Of a stretch of DNA of 64,000 nt, positions 61,201 through 64,000 are shown piece by piece. Source of the stretch: Candidatus Thalassarchaeaceae archaeon (GTDB lineage Archaea; Thermoplasmatota; Poseidoniia; Poseidoniales; Thalassarchaeaceae); assembly GCA_023700245.1 (NCBI GenBank), contig JAJPRE010000005.1, positions 7,106 through 71,105 of the forward strand, read 5' to 3'. The notes beneath the pieces are model-generated. The model ran no database searches and was not told the DNA's origin. It saw only the letters and a list, made by a program, of their open reading frames with translations. The position numbers and the translations under genes were made by a program. Within the stretch, counting starts at the first letter, position 1. Each line of letters begins with the position of its first letter.

Positions 61201-61601
61201 ATTGTATTCATGTTAACTGAGATATCGCCATTTATGCCATCTAATTCTACATCATTGGCCCCATATTCTCCAATTGATTCAACTTGGTAAGTTAATGATG
61301 ATTGATTATCTATGATTGATAAGAATATTGAAGTTACAGTTTGATCCAATGTCCCATTGAGATAATTTACAGTAGTAGATATCCCAGAAGAAGTTATGAA
61401 GTCCCCCACATCCAAATATCCAGTATACATCCAATTATCATTAATTTGCCATGTTTGGACATCAACTATTCCGGATTGAGAATTAGCTTCTACGCCATAT
61501 ACAAGGTCTTCATCTAATTGTTTTTGATCAAGAATATTAGATAAAAGAGGTAAAATTAGAATTAAACAAATAAAAAATGTAATTCGGCAAGACTTCTTCA
61601 T
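58206..61601 (-). CDS. Large secreted, membrane-anchored PKD/CARDB domain surface protein
   Basis: Signal peptide; CARDB VPVANKG...VDP; repeated N.AP / SYDSDG / VTDDDG PKD-like motifs; C-terminal TM helix. Confidence 0.8.
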   Translation of the reverse strand: MKKSCRITFFICLILILPLLSNILDQKQLDEDLVYGVEANSQSGIVDVQTWQINDNWMYTGYLDVGDFITSSGISTTVNYLNGTLDQTVTSIFLSIIDNQSSLTYQVESIGEYGANDVELDGINGDISVNMNTIEIIRASDMAIVSQEASVEIDFCANFLWFCVNEDVADLIINNSYSPALEGLDFPLNVGELWASDYHQETTYGGSSNYVDIPDNSEDDNTSSWQTVSQGFSGVSYAGCGQSYNITTYNSDGEESGYRWYCPAINGNIKSSFTQSLGFKAVHELVAYQPVTRFKEINIDLEYPLSPIDADIYAWINVTNQGTPVSDLELQFRYEIEDDVRSFTTDQNGSYYLEFNTGNSTDSTASVDDLASHGIIVWANQSSPILGAASVSTNLNIHEIDLVTRAEGVTVQRTRNNSTLTLDTNIGFTAVYGDILVFSVPVANKGLISSPSSNLKIDSPDGNTLFAIVPPLASLQESRIEVNWTVPFQQSHGSVYLEFLVDPDETLIQDGNKSNNYGIFTLFIGTIPIAALEHPVEVLTLDETSLNGTSSYDSDGGSYVCDFYIEISINIFENFFEEDCIYEATWDDDGHFQILLTITDEENDQDSFMSSISVVNRPPQITLISDKTSITVFSEVTFEISDRIDLDTQSPNSPVDILWDNPNCKEGLISTKCTLTPVNEGEFSINVSAIDDDGAITYASSSVMVTNIAPFDPKIEVWSGPNKITPDNRGVFVAKEGEILTLKAWVTDSENDMDSLQYIWSPDAENNPELELTNYGIMGEINHTYTFAGLQLATLQILDNDNESAIFEGDTKTLIIPIEIENIAPYIVSISPRLPVQEGEELIFNIGVMDTSNDVDSLTSCFDIDPLVNSDLFGNEDDDCDFNSTYISYIWEDSVSAPDFIVFHVTDDDGSRDSAKIDIDVRNTRPMAVASTNSLNLQQGQAISLSANGTIDSEFDIENMIYHWDIDTSLDSDGDGNPSNDVDMIGRWIQVFYDDEGKKVVKLTVYDESESNSITMVVDVSKAPLNFENSIKENSSTILLLILISTGGVFLSIRYRNKEDDKITNNKLKDSDLNEIFDSISSNKSINNVDIASDISELKNNHPNDSSALEKEIPASNVMLSEDDIEALFEE

Positions 61602-61639
61602 GGGCCTTTGTAGGGGCCCCACTGAATAAAACTTGGTTT

Positions 61640-62359
61640 TTAAGAATACAGTAAATCTGCTAATTCATCTTGAATAAATTGTACAGCTTCTAATATCTCA
61701 TCTTTGTGTCTTGCACCAGTTATAACCATCTTTCCACTTCCAAATATTAGGCAAACTACTTTTGGATAGTCAAGACGGTAGATCAATCCAGGAAACTGTT
61801 CCGGCTCATATTCTACCTTATCGAAGGGTAGGTGAAATGTTAAATTGTTTAGATTTAATTTTCTTGGTAATCCTGCTAAGCGTTCTCCAGCTTTAACGCC
61901 CCTTACCCTTGGATCTTCATCTTTTACTTCTTGATCTGTAGCGGCTCTTAGCCCTCCATCTTCTTCTACTAATTTACAATTTTGATCATCTCTTTCTGCT
62001 ATTTGATCATAATCTTCGGGATAATATAAAGAGTATGTGGCAACCATATTTTGAACCTCAATTTCAACATCCTTTAGATCCCATGTATCTATTCCTGCTG
62101 CCCTTAAGTCCTCAGTCATTCTTTTTATTCCAGTATGGATATTATCTTCATTCTTACCTCCTGTACAAACTGCCCTACCCGAACGGAACATTAGAATTGC
62201 TAATTTAGGATCTACGACTCTGTAAACTACTCCTGGGAATTGTTCTGGCTCATATTCACAATTCAATTGGATAGCAATATCTGGTAAGTCTAATTCTTCT
62301 GCGACTCTTGTGGATGCAACTACATTTACAACAGTCAAACGTTCTTCGTCACTAAGCAT
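61640..62359 (-). CDS. tbp: TATA-box-binding protein with an insertion in repeat 2
   Basis: Two repeats N(V/M)VA...EYEPEQFPG..YR...PK...L.F.SG..V.TG. Confidence 0.96.
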   Translation of the reverse strand: MLSDEERLTVVNVVASTRVAEELDLPDIAIQLNCEYEPEQFPGVVYRVVDPKLAILMFRSGRAVCTGGKNEDNIHTGIKRMTEDLRAAGIDTWDLKDVEIEVQNMVATYSLYYPEDYDQIAERDDQNCKLVEEDGGLRAATDQEVKDEDPRVRGVKAGERLAGLPRKLNLNNLTFHLPFDKVEYEPEQFPGLIYRLDYPKVVCLIFGSGKMVITGARHKDEILEAVQFIQDELADLLYS

Positions 62360-62380
62360 AAAGGTCCCAGCGTAATGTTA

Positions 62381-62388
62381 CTTATAAA
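62381..62388 (-). promoter_or_regulatory. Putative TATA box of tbp (short-leader or leaderless transcript)
   Basis: Minus strand TTTATAAG ends 21 nt before the ATG. Confidence 0.5.
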
Positions 62389-62435
62389 GGATATTTAAAA
62401 AAAATCATCAGTAATTATCTAAATTAAAAGATAAT

Positions 62436-63410
62436 TTACTTTAAAATACATACGCCCTTAGAGCCTAATTTTGAAATTAAGGGTGAACCACCAGCTATTT
62501 CTATTTCTTCTGCGACTCTTTGTGGATTTCTTGACAGTGCGACAATACATCCTCCCCCTCCTGCACCCGTCATCTTTGCACCTAATGAATAAGGTCTAAC
62601 TGCATCCACTAATCTATCTAGAGAAGGGGTGCTGACTTCTAAATTCTGAAGTTTGGCATGGCAAGCATCCATCGCAATACCAACAGCTTCAAAATTACCA
62701 ATAGAAAGTGCAGTTAGGCCTGTTGTAGTTATACTTGCTATTGCCTCCATCTCTTGGAATTTATTAGGATTATATGTTAATAAATTTGAAACTCCTGATA
62801 CCATTTTTCCAGTTGGAGAAGCATCGCCTGTAAAGCCCAGAATTAAATAGACATCATTCGATTTATTCTGAATATTAACTTTATTTATACTCCATTTACG
62901 TTCGCCTTCAGGAGTTTTTAAAATTGAGTGAAAAATATTTGTAGTATCATCCACTTCTTTGCCTGAAACGACAATGCAACCCCCTAAAGCACTAGCGGCA
63001 GTATCAGTTGGGCTGGCCCTTCCTTCTTGCGAAATAGCTTCTGCAGAGTGGCCCATTTTTGCCAATTTTATAATATCTAATTCTTCGTCATTTCCCAAGT
63101 ATATTTGTAATGCAGCACCAAATGCAACAGATAATGCTGCTGAAGATCCCAATCCGGCTGCAGAAAATAATTCACTTTTTATCTTAATATTTAGAGGATG
63201 GCCTTCATATTTGAACAGATCGTATAATATATGTGAAATATGAGGATGTTGATTTGGAATGAATGGCGAACCTTCAATCAACCATTCATCAGATTGTTCC
63301 AAAGAAACCTGTACCCCTTGATCTATCGCAACTGCTACTGCAGGGTGCCCATAAACAACGGCATGCTCCCCGAATAGAATACATTTCCCAGGAGCAAAGG
63401 CAACCGCCAT
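62436..63410 (-). CDS. mvk: Mevalonate kinase
   Basis: APGKCILFGEHAVVYG, AGLGSSAA, SPTD and KMTGAGGGGC motifs. Confidence 0.93.
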   Translation of the reverse strand: MAVAFAPGKCILFGEHAVVYGHPAVAVAIDQGVQVSLEQSDEWLIEGSPFIPNQHPHISHILYDLFKYEGHPLNIKIKSELFSAAGLGSSAALSVAFGAALQIYLGNDEELDIIKLAKMGHSAEAISQEGRASPTDTAASALGGCIVVSGKEVDDTTNIFHSILKTPEGERKWSINKVNIQNKSNDVYLILGFTGDASPTGKMVSGVSNLLTYNPNKFQEMEAIASITTTGLTALSIGNFEAVGIAMDACHAKLQNLEVSTPSLDRLVDAVRPYSLGAKMTGAGGGGCIVALSRNPQRVAEEIEIAGGSPLISKLGSKGVCILK

Positions 63411-63539
63411 GCCCTTCCGAAGTGTGCATAGGAGATTATCATTAGGGAATTAATAAATAAATTAAATCATAGAGCGATTGTTTCAATAGGTTCGACTCTG
63501 CGCATGTATTACCACCAAACGAATATAGGAGATTAAATT

Positions 63540-64000
63540 ATGAAACATCCTCTTCTAATTCACTATGGACCAATTCCAGGTTGGTTAATTTTAATTATCA
63601 TAGGTAGCGTTGCTGTAACTTTTTTCCTATATCAAGTAATTAAAGCAACAAGGTTAGTATTATTAGGAGCTCCTGATGATAGGTTTGATTCCTGGGGCTT
63701 AAGATTCAAAGAATTACTAGTTGGCTGGCTAGGGCAAAAAAAGGTATTGAGAGATAAAATTGCTGGTACAATGCATGTTCTGATGTTTTGGGGATTCTTG
63801 ATGCTAGCAACCGATATGTTTGATTTGGCATCTGCTAATTTTTTCTCTAATCACATAATTCCTCAATTACTTATTGGCCCTTGGAATGGGATAGTAGAAT
63901 TGGGATATACATCAGCATTTATTGGTGCAGTGGCTGCATTAATACGAAGAGTTGTTTTTACACCTGAAAAGCTAAAGGGTAAATCTCAATTAGAGGGAAA
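63540..64000 (+). CDS. Membrane Fe-S oxidoreductase (FadF/HdrD-related) N-terminus; 3' partial
   Basis: Open frame MKHPLL...GQKKVLRDKIAGTMHVLMFWGF...IRR runs off the window end; GGAGA SD. It is absent from the ORF track because it has no stop. Confidence 0.65.
   Translation, partial: MKHPLLIHYGPIPGWLILIIIGSVAVTFFLYQVIKATRLVLLGAPDDRFDSWGLRFKELLVGWLGQKKVLRDKIAGTMHVLMFWGFLMLATDMFDLASANFFSNHIIPQLLIGPWNGIVELGYTSAFIGAVAALIRRVVFTPEKLKGKSQLEG

Noticed and set aside
61868..62026. Intein or intron in tbp
   Set aside because: Too short, no N-terminal Cys/Ser plus C-terminal His-Asn, and no evident bulge-helix-bulge; kept as a protein insertion.
85..63445. Numerous 60-185 aa antisense or alternate-frame ORFs in the track
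   Set aside because: They lie opposite or inside well-supported genes and have no motifs; treated as shadow ORFs.
63485..63505. GGTTCGACT T-loop-like sequence
   Set aside because: No surrounding cloverleaf stems.

Overview
AT-rich, gene-dense archaeal chromosome segment. It most likely comes from a Marine Group II euryarchaeote (Ca. Poseidoniales). That assignment is inferred from TBP, archaeal AroA'/AroB'/AroK, RibL, mevalonate kinase, an archaeal SepF-like gene, bacterial-type GpsA and several large secreted S8 proteases and surface proteins. In order the window holds: a partial FEA1/phytotransferrin-like gene with Cys repeats; a structured intergenic region; a PhnDCE-type ABC operon whose binding protein is a two-lobed transferrin-like lipoprotein; gpsA; tRNA-Leu(TAG); a ~2200-aa S8/RCC1/TSP3 protease; xth and a partial shikimate operon; a MoxR/DUF58 module; an hcrCAB-like molybdoenzyme cluster with regulator, XdhC and MocA; a Zn-ribbon-extended fused E1 dehydrogenase; moeB; trxB; a riboflavin operon; a 1288-aa subtilase-MFS (AmpG-like) fusion; hppA; polX/nth/bcp; a PKD surface protein; tbp; mvk; and a partial Fe-S oxidoreductase. 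The best candidates for undescribed systems are the transferrin/phytotransferrin-like uptake locus (1-5355), the protease-transporter fusion (43962-47828) and the Hcr-like molybdoenzyme locus. No CRISPR array, rRNA, transposase or integrase was seen. Family calls are from motif recognition by eye; no database search was run.
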